IMG/VR virus record: IMGVR_UViG_2616644925_000001
Span: 28,537-92,536 of that record
DNA: 64,000 nucleotides
Strand: one strand, 5' to 3'
DNA from: a virus
Taxonomy: Duplodnaviria > Caudoviricetes
Shown in pieces: positions 48,106 through 57,737 of the stretch (positions within the stretch are counted from its first letter, which is position 1; every line of letters begins with the position of its first letter). Under the pieces are notes generated by a model. It worked only from the letters and a program-made list of their open reading frames with translations, was not told the origin of the DNA and searched no databases. The translations under genes were made by a program, and so were the position numbers.

Positions 48106-48308
48106 TGATACGCCCGGATTCATCCGGACGTGGTAGCGCCGAAGGCACTATGTGCCAGTTCTTATGCTTTGGCAGGGTTCCAATCCTGACCGCTAAACTC
48201 ATGCGGCGCGCACACTATAGCCACCATGCTGATAAATTCAATATGTCTTATGTGAAATTATCCACTGGTCATTAGATCCAGATGCGACTGAATAATCGCT
48301 AACCTCAT

Positions 48309-48329
48309 AAATTACAACCTTTCTACCAT
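48309..48329 (+). promoter_or_regulatory. Putative late promoter (pro)
   Basis: AAATTACAACCTTTCTACCAT. Confidence 0.55.
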
Positions 48330-48399
48330 CCCTTCGCGCTGGTGATCGCCTGCGCTGCCGCCGCTTTGCGGGGTATCCCATTGTGATTATGAGGTTTTT

Positions 48400-49401
48400 A
48401 TGAACACTCTCCGCACTGTTACGGACCGTTTTTCTCTGATTGATAAAATCCGCCGCTTCACGCCACAGAATGACCGCAATTACCTGCTGCGCTCTGTCCG
48501 CGAAACGTTCGCCAGCCCCGAAACCCTGGAGCGAATCCAGCTGGGGGAAATGTTCGGGTATTACGGCCACGGACGCCGTGCCGCCTATTACGCCAAGACC
48601 GGGCGGCTCAATCTGCCGGAATTTGCAGTTGTCATGATCGACGGCAAGCCGGTGACGCTGGAAAACGTGCCGTCTAACCGGACGCTTGAGGCCAGCGTGG
48701 ATGATAACGGTATCGTGACGCACGTTCAGGAGATCCTGGACACCGAGCCTGGCAATATCGTTGACGGCATGAACCGTTCCCGCGCCGGTGGCTGGTCATG
48801 GGCGACAGGCGGCGATGACAACGCCATTTCCAAAGTGACCAGCTTTCACGGCTTCGATTATGTGACCAATCCGAACTATATCAGCCAGGATCACCCTGCT
48901 CTTCTGCTTGAATCGGCCAGCGAACGCGCTGACGCGATGCACGCGGGCCTGATGGAAAAGGGGTATTCAGAGAACCAAGCGGCTGACATTATCCAGCACT
49001 TTGAAACACTGCGCGGCCAAGCGCCAATGATGGAGTCTGCTGATTCTTCGCTGATGGAATCTGCGCTTCACATTGAGCATGGAAAGCGTCTGGAGCTGGA
49101 GGAACGTCTGCGAAATGCGCAGCTGATGATTGAGAACGCAGGCACTGTCGCAAAGGCACGCCGCCGAATTATGAAGGATGCGCTGGCTAACATGCCGCTT
49201 TTTTTAAGTAAAGCCCAACAGGCGGCACTATGCCGGATGGATACGCCAGAAGACGCGCAGATCGTCGCGGCAATGCTGGAATCAATCGGCACAAGTGCAA
49301 CGGCAACGCTGCCGATCGGAACCGCCTACCAGCACACATTACCAGAGACGCGCCCGCCAGCCGTGGCCTCAGCACCGCTGCTGTGGATTAACCTAAGATA
49401 A
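48400..49401 (+). CDS. pro: Head-processing protease Pro
   Basis: TVTDRFSL, GYYGHGRR, GGWSWATGG, GFDYVT.PNY. Confidence 0.85.
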   Translation: MNTLRTVTDRFSLIDKIRRFTPQNDRNYLLRSVRETFASPETLERIQLGEMFGYYGHGRRAAYYAKTGRLNLPEFAVVMIDGKPVTLENVPSNRTLEASVDDNGIVTHVQEILDTEPGNIVDGMNRSRAGGWSWATGGDDNAISKVTSFHGFDYVTNPNYISQDHPALLLESASERADAMHAGLMEKGYSENQAADIIQHFETLRGQAPMMESADSSLMESALHIEHGKRLELEERLRNAQLMIENAGTVAKARRRIMKDALANMPLFLSKAQQAALCRMDTPEDAQIVAAMLESIGTSATATLPIGTAYQHTLPETRPPAVASAPLLWINLR

Positions 49402-49792
49402 GAAGAGGAAAAAGAAATCGTGCCCTGAAAATAGGGGCACGTTTTAGTGATAACTAAAAATTAGGAAAAAACTGAGTGTTGATCCTTTATCGGATCACGT
49501 TTATCATCCGGCCTCAAATTCAGTTTAGCGGCTGAATATGAAGACGAAAAAAAATCGCCTGTTAGCGCAGACGATTTTTAAACAACATTGCGTGGTTTAG
49601 CGGACCACACCGGCGTTGTGCCGTACAACTTCTTTGGTAGGAAGTTGCTTTTAAACCACTGACTCAGGCATTGCACCTGTTGTCTCGTGGAGGACACCAT
49701 CTCTTAATTCCCAGTAGCAGGGAGTTAAAGCGTGCCCGTATCCCAAACAGGAAGGAACAAAAAATAATGTCCAACTTGAAGGAACAAAAAGC

Positions 49793-50683
49793 GTGCCTAT
49801 AGTAGCTAAAAGCGCCGATCCCGGCAACACTTTTCCCGTACTTCGCTCAAATAACGAGCACAGATCTGTCCGAATTACAGGCTTTGATCTCACCCCTATT
49901 ATCGAACTTTCCCCCCTCCCAAAGTCAGTTACCCGTGTCTTAAAATTCGCCTGCAATCTGGCCGGTTCCACGTCCGATTTCATCATCGTCAAATCGCTCA
50001 GGAATTTGGCCGAAGAAGCCGGTTGCAGTATCTCTACCGTTCAGCGTGCTTATCGTGCTGCAGTCAAGTTGGGGATCCTCAGCTATGAAGAGCAGCGTGA
50101 CGAGAAAAATCATAGCGTCAGCAAACCCAGTAAATACACGTTTACCAGTAAAGCGCTGTCCTTTGTCCGGGCCAGCCTGGAAGCCCTGAAAGAGGCAAAT
50201 CTGAAGCCGTCCGGACGCCAGACCATAGTCCGGAGAGTTATCGCTAACGCCTTCTTTAAAAACGATTTTATCCACAACACCCCTAGTCAGAATGAACAGG
50301 CTCCCCCTGGTCAATCTGACCAACAAGAATTAAGAGATTCCTCCAGTAAAAGAGAAATACAAAATGGGGAGCCATTAAATTCTGTGATTGAAAAATCGTC
50401 AGAACCACAACCGGCCGCGGTGAAAAAATTCGGGATCTACCAGAACACGCAAAAGCAGCTGGCAGCAGCATCGTCAGCAGCACAAAATGAGCGAAGCGCA
50501 GAAGAGTATCAGCGTAAAGGTGGCGTACTGCATGAAGCCTACCAAGCGCTTAAGTCCACGTTCAGGGCAAAGCCTGCTGGTGGCAGGATGCCGAAAGGCC
50601 GCCGCTACTCTGACCCATTGAGCGGCAGCTTTTCGGCGGGTTTGGATTACTCAGTCATACCTGAAGGCTTTCGAGGCTGTTAA
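49793..50683 (+). CDS. repL: Lytic replication initiator RepL
   Basis: NLA.STS.FI.KS.R.LAEE.GCS.STV.RA.R.AV..GIL matches the P1 RepL HTH. Confidence 0.85.
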   Translation: MPIVAKSADPGNTFPVLRSNNEHRSVRITGFDLTPIIELSPLPKSVTRVLKFACNLAGSTSDFIIVKSLRNLAEEAGCSISTVQRAYRAAVKLGILSYEEQRDEKNHSVSKPSKYTFTSKALSFVRASLEALKEANLKPSGRQTIVRRVIANAFFKNDFIHNTPSQNEQAPPGQSDQQELRDSSSKREIQNGEPLNSVIEKSSEPQPAAVKKFGIYQNTQKQLAAASSAAQNERSAEEYQRKGGVLHEAYQALKSTFRAKPAGGRMPKGRRYSDPLSGSFSAGLDYSVIPEGFRGC

Positions 50684-51171
50684 TCGGTAACAGTGCCACC
50701 AGCGTTCACATAGGCCGTCAGCAGCGCTTCAATCTTGTGCGTTTTCTGACCATAAGGTGAGCCAGTGAGCGAGGCCCAGATATCATTGGTTTTACCGATC
50801 GCCGTGCGGATCCGCCCTGCCAGTACGTCTGCATAAGCACCCTGCTCTTTCAGCAGCTGATCGAGTAACCGCTCCTGTGAGGCAGGACTAAAGTCAGGCA
50901 GACACAGCTGCTTTTTGTAGGCAGGCCAGTAACGATAAAGCTGCTGATAGCGGCCCGCAGCAGTAGACGCCAGGCTTTTTTGATTGAGCTGTTTTGCAGG
51001 GCGATGTGCAAAGGGGTGATCGCTAAAATCGGTGAAGATTTCGCCCTGTTTTTCGCCCAGCCCGGTCACGATGACGTCATAGCCACGCATACGGGTTAAC
51101 GGATGAGTACTGGTGCCTTCGGAAAAGGCCAACATGTCGCCAAAGGCTTTACGGTTTGGGGATTGGTCCAT
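50680..51171 (-). CDS. Endolysin, lambda R-type lytic transglycosylase
   Basis: RKAF.DMLA.SEGT, GYDVIV, FTDFSDHP, STAAGRYQ, IWASL.G..YGQ; start at MDQSP. Confidence 0.88.
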   Translation of the reverse strand: MDQSPNRKAFGDMLAFSEGTSTHPLTRMRGYDVIVTGLGEKQGEIFTDFSDHPFAHRPAKQLNQKSLASTAAGRYQQLYRYWPAYKKQLCLPDFSPASQERLLDQLLKEQGAYADVLAGRIRTAIGKTNDIWASLTGSPYGQKTHKIEALLTAYVNAGGTVTD

Positions 51172-51205
51172 TATGGTTCCGCTCTCTGTGTTGATGAAGA
51201 GACGG

Positions 51206-51226
51206 ACTGTATGGAGTTTGTATTTT
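51206..51226 (-). promoter_or_regulatory. Putative late promoter (endolysin)
   Basis: AAAATACAAACTCCATACAGT. Confidence 0.6.
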
Positions 51227-51430
51227 GCAGCGGAAAAAAAGCCGCATTTGTTCTCTGGCGGGGTAACTCGCATACGCGCTATCGCAAAAAAATGGATTTG
51301 ACAAATATTAGTAATTGTCTGACTTTAAGTAATCATTCACAGCATAGCCGGGCTGGTCAAAGGGGCTAAATGCGCATGGATGTTATTAAAATACTAGCCA
51401 TCAAGAGTTCTCTATCACGGATGCAGAAAA

Positions 51431-52345
51431 ATGAAGTTCATAAATAAAGCATATGAAGATTTAGTTAAAGATCTAATTAGTGACGCCTTTTACTTAGAAT
51501 CCAGATCAAATATCGGTAAAATCTCTACAATTCGACAATATGCAGAAGTTGTCGTACGAAAATTAGGCGACTTCCCTAAAAACGAAGACGTTACACTCGG
51601 TAATTTTAAAGTTATTAAGAAATTAAAGGATGTGAGTTCTGATGATAAATTTTTAATGGGGGCTGTTAGAAAGCTACAGAAATTAGGGAATAAATGCACC
51701 CATACAAAAAACCCACAACCTGTTCTTGATACTGATGTAGATTCTGCAATTAAAGCATTATTTAAATTGTACGCAAGCTTGTTTATTTTGTATTTTAAAA
51801 AGTATAAATTTGGTTCCAGCAGTGAAGTTGTGTCCGCGTTTTCCATACTCCCTCCAATCATTAGGTTTTTTGTTCTCGACAATCTCTATAACTATAAAAA
51901 GGACAATATTTTAGTTATTGATAAGTTATGTTTAGTTCTGCTCAAAGCGTTTGACAAAAAGGACGCATTAAGTTGGCTAAATAAAAGGAAAAGTGAGTTA
52001 TCTAGCATACTTCCTTACACGGATGAAGCTATTTCCGCTATTGAAGTTGCTTATGGAAAACCGCAAGCGGAGTTAGCTGTTGCTAATGCCCCTGCAAATA
52101 TGTACATTTGTTGCCTAGAGCGTTTGGAGCAAGTCGCCTTAATGCTAGAGAGTCAAGGATTGCTTTACAATAACTTTGAGCAGGCAAAACCACTCTACTT
52201 AGATAAAGGGATTCTTGATAAGAGTAGTACTGAGAATGAAGAATTTAATGACATAATGGAATTTGTTTACTTAGGGCGAAAAGACGAAGTAAATGAAAAG
52301 CTTAATAATAAGCATTTATACAGCATTACGGCTTGGAATAAATAG
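51431..52345 (+). CDS. Low-GC DUF4145/HEPN-like protein
   Basis: IRQYAEVVVR and KLGNKCTH motifs; AT-rich. Confidence 0.6.
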   Translation: MKFINKAYEDLVKDLISDAFYLESRSNIGKISTIRQYAEVVVRKLGDFPKNEDVTLGNFKVIKKLKDVSSDDKFLMGAVRKLQKLGNKCTHTKNPQPVLDTDVDSAIKALFKLYASLFILYFKKYKFGSSSEVVSAFSILPPIIRFFVLDNLYNYKKDNILVIDKLCLVLLKAFDKKDALSWLNKRKSELSSILPYTDEAISAIEVAYGKPQAELAVANAPANMYICCLERLEQVALMLESQGLLYNNFEQAKPLYLDKGILDKSSTENEEFNDIMEFVYLGRKDEVNEKLNNKHLYSITAWNK

Positions 52346-52492
52346 CTCAACTAAAAAGGCGTTCATCGGACAAGCGGTTGAACGCGGCGTTAATGTCTGC
52401 TCCTCGCTCAAACAGACGGTCAAATTTAATGATGTGATGCCAGTAAAACTGTCAGCTCAAGTCTGAGCTGACGCATTATGAGCCATTAAAAG

Positions 52493-53784
52493 TTAGTCCT
52501 TTGCCGGCGTGCTCACAGACTCGAACATGGCAAAGTTTAACCCCTTACCTTCGCCAAATTCTTCTTCGATCTCCCCGGATACGGCAGTCAGAACGTCGGT
52601 AAGCGTCAGCTCGCCGCCGCCGAACATATCTCCCAGCGCCTGCTGCTGGTGTAACAGCTCGTCGTTGATCTTCTGCGCCATTTTTTTAAACGCGGCCCCG
52701 ATACGTTTGGCGCTGCGGTTATTTGCCACGATAAACAGCGCCAGTGCCTCGGCCTCTTTGCTGGATTCCTCAAACAGTCCCTGCTGTGCCAGCACTTCCT
52801 GTATGGCCTGCCCGCTGTCTTTTGCCTGGCGCACCAGCTTAATAGCATCCTGCAGCGCGGCGATTGCCTGCTGATCAAGACCATCCACCGACTGCACCCC
52901 GTCTACCAGCCCGGTGACGGCCTGCCGGTGAACGTCTCCGGACAGCATCTGCATCTGCGCAAACTCGCTGGCCGCCGTATTGAGTGCCGTCAGGATGTTG
53001 CGCATTTCAGGATCCGGCTCTTCAGAAACCAGCTTAACCAGGCGTTCATCCTTGTAGGCGCGGGCAAAGATCGCATTCTGCATGCGGTCAATCAGCTGCT
53101 TCGTCGGGCGCCCGTCTTCGGTCAGCAAGCCTGCGGTCGCTGTGTCGCCAATCTCTTTCATGAATGCCCGGATAAAACCGTCGTTTGAGCGTGCCAGAAG
53201 GTTGCCGTCGTCGGACGGATTGAAGATGGCCATCAGACGCTCATCAAGCATTTCGGCATCTACAAAGGCCTTCTCACTCGCTGCCATTTCCTGTAAATCG
53301 GAGAGGTTGGAGTCTTTCGCAAACTGCGCACGGTCAACATCGGTAATGCGCTCACGCACCAGTACCGGCATGTCCATTTGCGCGATATCCGACGCTTTAA
53401 GGCCGTAATCTTTTGCGTGCTCAATCAGGTACTGCCTGTACTCGTCGGCCTGTCCCTGCTCATAGGCGCGTGTGATCCCCATCGAGCGGCCATTGCCCGA
53501 CTCCACCACGTTATCAGCGCCCACGATTGGCGCGCCGTGGCTGCTCATGCCTGAATCAGTCAGCTTCGCCGGTCGGAGGTTATCAGGAGGGGCGCTGGCT
53601 CCGGGACCGGATCGGGTGCGCTGGTGGCGGGTGCTGGTGCAGCGCCATAACCCAGCTGGAGCATGATTGCCTCCATCTGGTCATTGAGATCCAGCAGGTC
53701 CAGCCCCTTTAAGGTCGGCGCTTTGATAATCAGCTCGTCCAACTGGTCGGCTAAATCCAGCTTTTGCAGTGCGGTTAAGCTCAT
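52493..53784 (-). pseudogene. ddrB: ddrB split by internal deletion/frameshift
   Basis: The 351-aa ORF matches P1 DdrB (SSHGAPI.G.DN.VESGNGR); homology extends upstream of its Met (NLRPAKLTDSG) and joins out of frame to a 74-aa N-terminal ORF. Confidence 0.7.
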
Positions 53785-56264
53785 GCGGCCACCCCATTAC
53801 GCTGCACGGCCACCAGCAGATCGCTCAGGTGCTGCACGGCGTCATTGACCAGGGACTCGTTTTCATCAAACACGCCCGCGGCCGTCAGTGCTGCAATTGC
53901 CTCGCGGACCTGATTACGGCCAGCGCGGATCACGTCCATATCGTCGGTATCGAGCGAGGTCAGCCCCTGGAGATAATCGATCGCTTTCTTCGCTTCGGTA
54001 TCAGCCTCCGGCACTGGCTCCGGTTGTGGCTCCGGTTGTGGCTCCGGTTGTAGCTGTGGCTCTGGCTCAGCGGTACTCAGTTCCTCCACCAGTGGGATAC
54101 GCTTGCCAGTGACCATTGCCGCCTCTACTGCCTTCAGGTACTCAGGACTCTGATTAGCCGCCACATAATCCGCCGCCACCCTCATCTGCTCACTGTCATA
54201 GCCCTGCGCTTCAGCCCAGGCATTTACAAGATCAGACGCCCAGCCGACGAGATCACCCAGGCGCTTCGCTGCCATCCAGAATGGGTCTGTCGTTTCTCGA
54301 TCGTCAGTCACGTCAGTCTTTTCCTGCTTTGGCTCACCTGCGGCCAGGGTCTGCAACCTGGCATCAATGGCCTGATTGAAATAATCCAGGTCTTCACCTT
54401 CCGGGTATGCAACGCCGATCAGAATTTTACGGGCAACCATGCGCACCTGTTTTGCGTAGGTGTCCTGGTCCTCTGCCGACATTTCAAGGTATTGTGCGGC
54501 GTAATCACTCATCTTGGCGGCCACGGCGTCGGCCAGCGCATCAAGGTCCGCATGCGTCGGGATCAGCTTCAGTTCAAAGTCGGCAATCTCTTTATCGGTC
54601 AGCGGACGGTCGTAGGAAATAATGCCGTTGCGCGCAACGCCGCTGTACGGCTGGCCCGCTGCTGGCTGATCTGCAACTGAGGTATATTCAGGCGGTACTG
54701 CGCCGATACCCACTGGACGGTTTACCAGCGCATAGCGCCAGACGGCTGCAGGTGTGACAGGTTCCGGTTGTGGCTGTGGTTCAGGTTGTGACTGTGGCTG
54801 TGGTGCGGGTTCTTTTACAGGTAACTCAGCGCCATTCATCCAGTCGGATTTGAGCTGCTTCCAGGCTGCCATAAAGAGCGATTTATCCCCACGATCCACT
54901 CCATAGAACAGCGCAATATCACCATATTTCTCGCCTGCTTCTTCGGTCTGAGAGTTAGTAAAATCTTTATCCAGCTCCTTCTCTGCATAACGCATGAAGT
55001 CCTCTGGCCCCTCAACAGACATAAGCAGGCGCCCGTCACGCTCCGCGCCTTCGCCTTTGGTCATTTCAGTGGCACGCGCTGACAGCTTACGTTGCCCAGG
55101 CGTTGGCTCTGGCTCTACCGGCGCTGCCGCACCTGCCGCAACGCGATATGACTCCGCCGCGCCGGTGCGGTAGGCTTTCAGCAGTTTGGTAGCCGCTTTA
55201 CCCATCTCTGCGCCCTGGCTGGATTTGGACGGCATTTCAAACGTGGTCCCGTCGGCTTCGGTGATGATCACCTTGCCTTTAAGCTCTCCGTCCTGGTCAT
55301 AACTGTGATAGCGGACCGTCGCGCCGTTGCTCAGCGTTGCCTGTCCGTCCATGTTCAGGCGCGCTTTAACCTGAATAGTGCGATCGCTGAAAGTGTCCGT
55401 GCTCTCAGGCTCACTGGCTTTCGCCTGCTGCAGCGCCGCCAGCTGTCCGGTAAGGTCGTCATTAATCTGGCGCTGTGCCGCGACTTTGCCGCGCAGCGTC
55501 TGCTCATTATCCTGCTGCATCTGCACGCGCGCGGTTTGTGCATCCACCACCTCCAGCAGTGCAGACTGCTGCTCCGCCAGCTTGTCCGTTTCGGCTTGCG
55601 TGGTTTCCACTTCGGCGCGCAGCTTCGTCTGTGCGTCCTTCTGCTTTGTGAATTTGCCGCTGTTCTTCTCGATCAGGTTAGAAAGCGCCTGCGTAACCTG
55701 CTGCAGCGATACATCCCGTCCGCCGATTGGAGCCACAATGTGCGTCACATCGCGCCTGTTGATCAGGAACTGAAACGCCACCAGCGTATCCTGATTGCGG
55801 ATTTTGCCGTTGTCAGCGGTCGGAGAGTGGAACACCAGCGACACGCTTTGCCCGTCTGATAATGGGATCAGCGCACTCATAACCGGTATGCTGGCCACAC
55901 GGCGCACTTTACCAATCACCGCGCCGCCCACGGTTTTCTGCCCGGTTGTATCCGCGCCTGCGTCGTCTGTTCCGGCGCTGATACTGGTCCCATTCAGTCC
56001 ACGGTTTAAGGCCTTCACAAAGGCGCGCATGGTTTGCGCCAGCCGCATACGCTCGGTGCTGATCGCTTCGAACATCGCACCCGGTACCAGGCTTTCATTT
56101 CCCAGATAGGTATGATCGATATCGTCGATCGTGACGCTTTCCAGCATCATATCCGCGCTGCTGCCAGTCATCAGGCCGTCATAAACAGCCTGCGCCAGCA
56201 TTGCGCCCGGTGTGTGGCTCTGGAGGTCCAGCACCATGCGGTTGCTTAAAATCTCATTCATCAT
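53781..56264 (-). CDS. darA: DarA antirestriction/head protein
   Basis: MFEAIST.R.RL..TMRAF, LSDGQS.SLVFHSPT, F.FL.N.RDVTH.VAP. Confidence 0.85.
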   Translation of the reverse strand: MMNEILSNRMVLDLQSHTPGAMLAQAVYDGLMTGSSADMMLESVTIDDIDHTYLGNESLVPGAMFEAISTERMRLAQTMRAFVKALNRGLNGTSISAGTDDAGADTTGQKTVGGAVIGKVRRVASIPVMSALIPLSDGQSVSLVFHSPTADNGKIRNQDTLVAFQFLINRRDVTHIVAPIGGRDVSLQQVTQALSNLIEKNSGKFTKQKDAQTKLRAEVETTQAETDKLAEQQSALLEVVDAQTARVQMQQDNEQTLRGKVAAQRQINDDLTGQLAALQQAKASEPESTDTFSDRTIQVKARLNMDGQATLSNGATVRYHSYDQDGELKGKVIITEADGTTFEMPSKSSQGAEMGKAATKLLKAYRTGAAESYRVAAGAAAPVEPEPTPGQRKLSARATEMTKGEGAERDGRLLMSVEGPEDFMRYAEKELDKDFTNSQTEEAGEKYGDIALFYGVDRGDKSLFMAAWKQLKSDWMNGAELPVKEPAPQPQSQPEPQPQPEPVTPAAVWRYALVNRPVGIGAVPPEYTSVADQPAAGQPYSGVARNGIISYDRPLTDKEIADFELKLIPTHADLDALADAVAAKMSDYAAQYLEMSAEDQDTYAKQVRMVARKILIGVAYPEGEDLDYFNQAIDARLQTLAAGEPKQEKTDVTDDRETTDPFWMAAKRLGDLVGWASDLVNAWAEAQGYDSEQMRVAADYVAANQSPEYLKAVEAAMVTGKRIPLVEELSTAEPEPQLQPEPQPEPQPEPVPEADTEAKKAIDYLQGLTSLDTDDMDVIRAGRNQVREAIAALTAAGVFDENESLVNDAVQHLSDLLVAVQRNGVAA

Positions 56265-56878
56265 GCTGCCTCTTCCAGTTGGGCGATTTGCTCTTTCAGC
56301 TGACGGGTGATCGCCTGCTCCTGATTAAGCTCGGTCTGTAAGCTGTCCGCGTTTTTTTGTGCCGCGTCGGCAGCCCGCGTCAGCTGGTCCGCTTTAGCCT
56401 GGGTTTCCGCGATCCCCGCTTTGTACGCGTCACGCTGCTGTCGCACTTCTGCCAGCATCTGCACTGACGATTTCACGCCGCGCTTTGGCTGCGGTGAGTC
56501 GTCCTTGCTGGCAGCGGCGCGTGCCATCTTGCGCGCCAGCGCCTTCTGAAATGCCGTCGAGCCTTTCTTAAATAGCGCGGCCAGCTGGCGGCCCAGGTCG
56601 GGGATCGTGGTGACGTGGGTAAACGGCACATTTTTGCCGTTCAGCTTCAGGCCGGAAATGTCGCCGCTGTCGTTGACCTGCACGGTCATAACCTGCTCGT
56701 CCATGCCGGTGAGGCTGAAGGTTTTAGTGAGAACGCCATCCTTTTTCCGGGCTGCGCCGGCGGCGGTGATTTTGGCTATTTCAAAGCCGCTGGTGGCGAT
56801 CGCCTTTTTCAGCTTCGCCAGGCCCTTCTCGTTGAGCTCGTCAAAGCTCAGCAGGACGTAGGTTTTAGGATTCGACAC
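56261..56878 (-). CDS. hdf: Hdf (DarA-homologous) protein
   Basis: FDELNEKGL..L.KAI, QVNDSGDI; lydB-hdf-darA order. Confidence 0.8.
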   Translation of the reverse strand: MSNPKTYVLLSFDELNEKGLAKLKKAIATSGFEIAKITAAGAARKKDGVLTKTFSLTGMDEQVMTVQVNDSGDISGLKLNGKNVPFTHVTTIPDLGRQLAALFKKGSTAFQKALARKMARAAASKDDSPQPKRGVKSSVQMLAEVRQQRDAYKAGIAETQAKADQLTRAADAAQKNADSLQTELNQEQAITRQLKEQIAQLEEAA

Positions 56879-57320
56879 GGTATTCCCCCTGCTCTGACTG
56901 GCTCAGCTGGTAGGTTCTGGTGACGGTATCCTGCAGCGGGAAGATGCGATAAAGCGGGTTCAGGCGGCTGTTACCGTGGGTAACGCGTATTGTCAGTGAC
57001 CACTCGCCCGGTTCCAGATAGCGCGTGTCGATCAGCAAAAACTCTTCGCTCACGCCTTTTGGTGAGAGATCCAGCGTGCGCTGTTTGCCAGAAATGACCA
57101 CTGTCGGATCATTACTGTCGCGCAGCCAGTACTCAATTTTGGCTCCCGCGAGTTTACCCACGCAGGCAATGTTCAGGCGGACCGGGAACGCCAGTGCGTT
57201 GCCGCGCACGGTAGCCGTACCACATCCCAGCAAGGACACTTTTTTACGGGCAAAGGCGCAGCGATCGACAACCATCGCCGCCGCCATCGCTGTGATAAAC
57301 AGGTTCTGGTAATCAATCAT
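56865..57320 (-). CDS. lydB: LydB-like antiholin
   Basis: Synteny; LNPLYRIFP. Confidence 0.65.
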   Translation of the reverse strand: MIDYQNLFITAMAAAMVVDRCAFARKKVSLLGCGTATVRGNALAFPVRLNIACVGKLAGAKIEYWLRDSNDPTVVISGKQRTLDLSPKGVSEEFLLIDTRYLEPGEWSLTIRVTHGNSRLNPLYRIFPLQDTVTRTYQLSQSEQGEYRVES

Positions 57321-57634
57321 GGGCCGGAGCCTCCTTTTGACCCAAATACGCCGTTTATTGCCGCAATGAGTCGTTCTTTAAACACGGTTGAGAGTTCACG
57401 CCAGTTGTTGCTTGCAACCAACACGGCGAGGTAAATCACGATTTCGTCCAGTCCCTGCTGGCGGGCAAAGAAATAGGCTGTGAGGCCCGTAATCAGCGCC
57501 AGCACAAGCTCGGTGGTAAAGTTGAATACTGTCGGTCGGATCCGGTATTCGCGCACTCCCAGCAGGAAAACGCCTGTGCCACTCAGCAAAGACAGGAGAA
57601 GCGAAACCGCGAGCATTTTTTCTACATCGGTCAC
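57317..57634 (-). CDS. lydA: LydA-like holin
   Basis: 105 aa, multiple TM segments, first gene of a late operon. Confidence 0.7.
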   Translation of the reverse strand: MTDVEKMLAVSLLLSLLSGTGVFLLGVREYRIRPTVFNFTTELVLALITGLTAYFFARQQGLDEIVIYLAVLVASNNWRELSTVFKERLIAAINGVFGSKGGSGP

Positions 57635-57669
57635 ATACCCCCCTTAGCACCTGGTAATCAGGTGGCGAG

Positions 57670-57690
57670 AGGGTACGGAGTCTGTAATTT
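57670..57690 (-). promoter_or_regulatory. Putative late promoter (lyd/dar operon)
   Basis: AAATTACAGACTCCGTACCCT. Confidence 0.7.
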
Positions 57691-57737
57691 AGAGAGGTAA
57701 AGAAAAACAGCGCCCGGAGGCGCTGTTTTGATGAGGA

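Noticed and set aside
51172-51273. SAR-like N-terminal extension of the endolysin
   Set aside because: Not hydrophobic and contains the late-promoter motif; the true start is 51171
54010-54810. (EPQP)n tandem repeats in darA
   Set aside because: In-frame low-complexity linkers
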